Shown here: in pieces, positions 63,487 to 64,000 of the stretch
Layout of the letters: every line of letters begins with the position of its first letter
How positions within the stretch are numbered: the stretch's first letter is position 1
Assembly (NCBI RefSeq): GCF_964204645.1
Contig: NC_134025.1
Coordinates: forward strand, 7,316,001-7,380,000
Source of the DNA: Tubulanus polymorphus
Lineage: Eukaryota > Animalia > Nemertea
Direction: 5' to 3'
Length of the DNA stretch: 64,000 bases
The notes under the pieces: model-generated
Seen by the model: only the letters and a program-made list of their open reading frames with translations
Databases searched by the model: none
Told to the model about the DNA's origin: nothing
Position numbers and translations under genes: made by a program

Positions 63487-64000
63487 GTGACCCACTGAAA
63501 ATCTGAAACGAACTAACTTAGGCCTAAAAAAACAAGAAAGTGTAGATTCAATTCAATTCATACTTTATTGCCCCTTTATAAAAACATTGCAGGTATAAAG
63601 GTGCCAATTCTACATCAAAAAAAGTCAGAGAAATCAAAGGCACATTGCAAACATTATCAAAATCTCAGGATGAAGTACATTAAATGAAAATTCCGGTATT
63701 ACCCGACATTCTAGTGAGAAAAAAGAAAACAGGCTATTGGCGCATTGATGGACAGATACATACAAATATAGCCAGGGTATTGAAGCGAGCTTTAGAAAAA
63801 ACTATTGCTGTTTATTTATTATTACATTTGTGCTATGTACAATAACGAATTCAAGTTAATTTTATTCATTCGATTTTAAGTCTGCTGGGGTCAGTTCCAT
63901 AGTCATGGCTTAAAATTAAGACCAATTTAAGACCATCTTAGTTCTATAACCAATCTAATAACTTAAGACCAGTCTTAAAATTTAAGAATGAGGAACCTGC

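Overview
AT-rich eukaryotic genomic DNA from an invertebrate animal (GT-AG spliceosomal introns, many only 70-110 bp; lophotrochozoan-like transposon repertoire, taxon not provable from the sequence alone). Gene models were spliced by hand from the sequence. Recognisable genes are TRAF3-like (minus, 4608-11394), VIPAS39/SPE-39 (plus, 14099-18320), DRC7/CCDC135 (plus, 53317-57728) and MUS81 (minus, 58482-62705). Two spliced, frame-consistent genes have no family I recognise: a long-intron gene (minus, CDS 21730-30624, probable first exon near 48000) and a compact gene (minus, 50355-52353) head-to-head with DRC7, whose leader appears to carry a spliced 38-aa hydrophobic upstream ORF. Introns and intergenic DNA hold Helentron-like elements, MITEs with 5-6 bp target duplications, LINE remnants, hairpins and a (TA)n tract. 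There are no prokaryotic features, rRNA or true CRISPR array. The best leads are the candidate bicistronic micropeptide, a TTAGA-punctuated array of tiny hairpin elements at 40.2 kb, a 154-bp-periodic array of CTCF-like motifs carried by a Helentron in a TRAF3 intron, an extra ~70-aa segment in MUS81, a 15-nt microexon with a downstream Rbfox motif, and overlapping uORFs on TRAF3.
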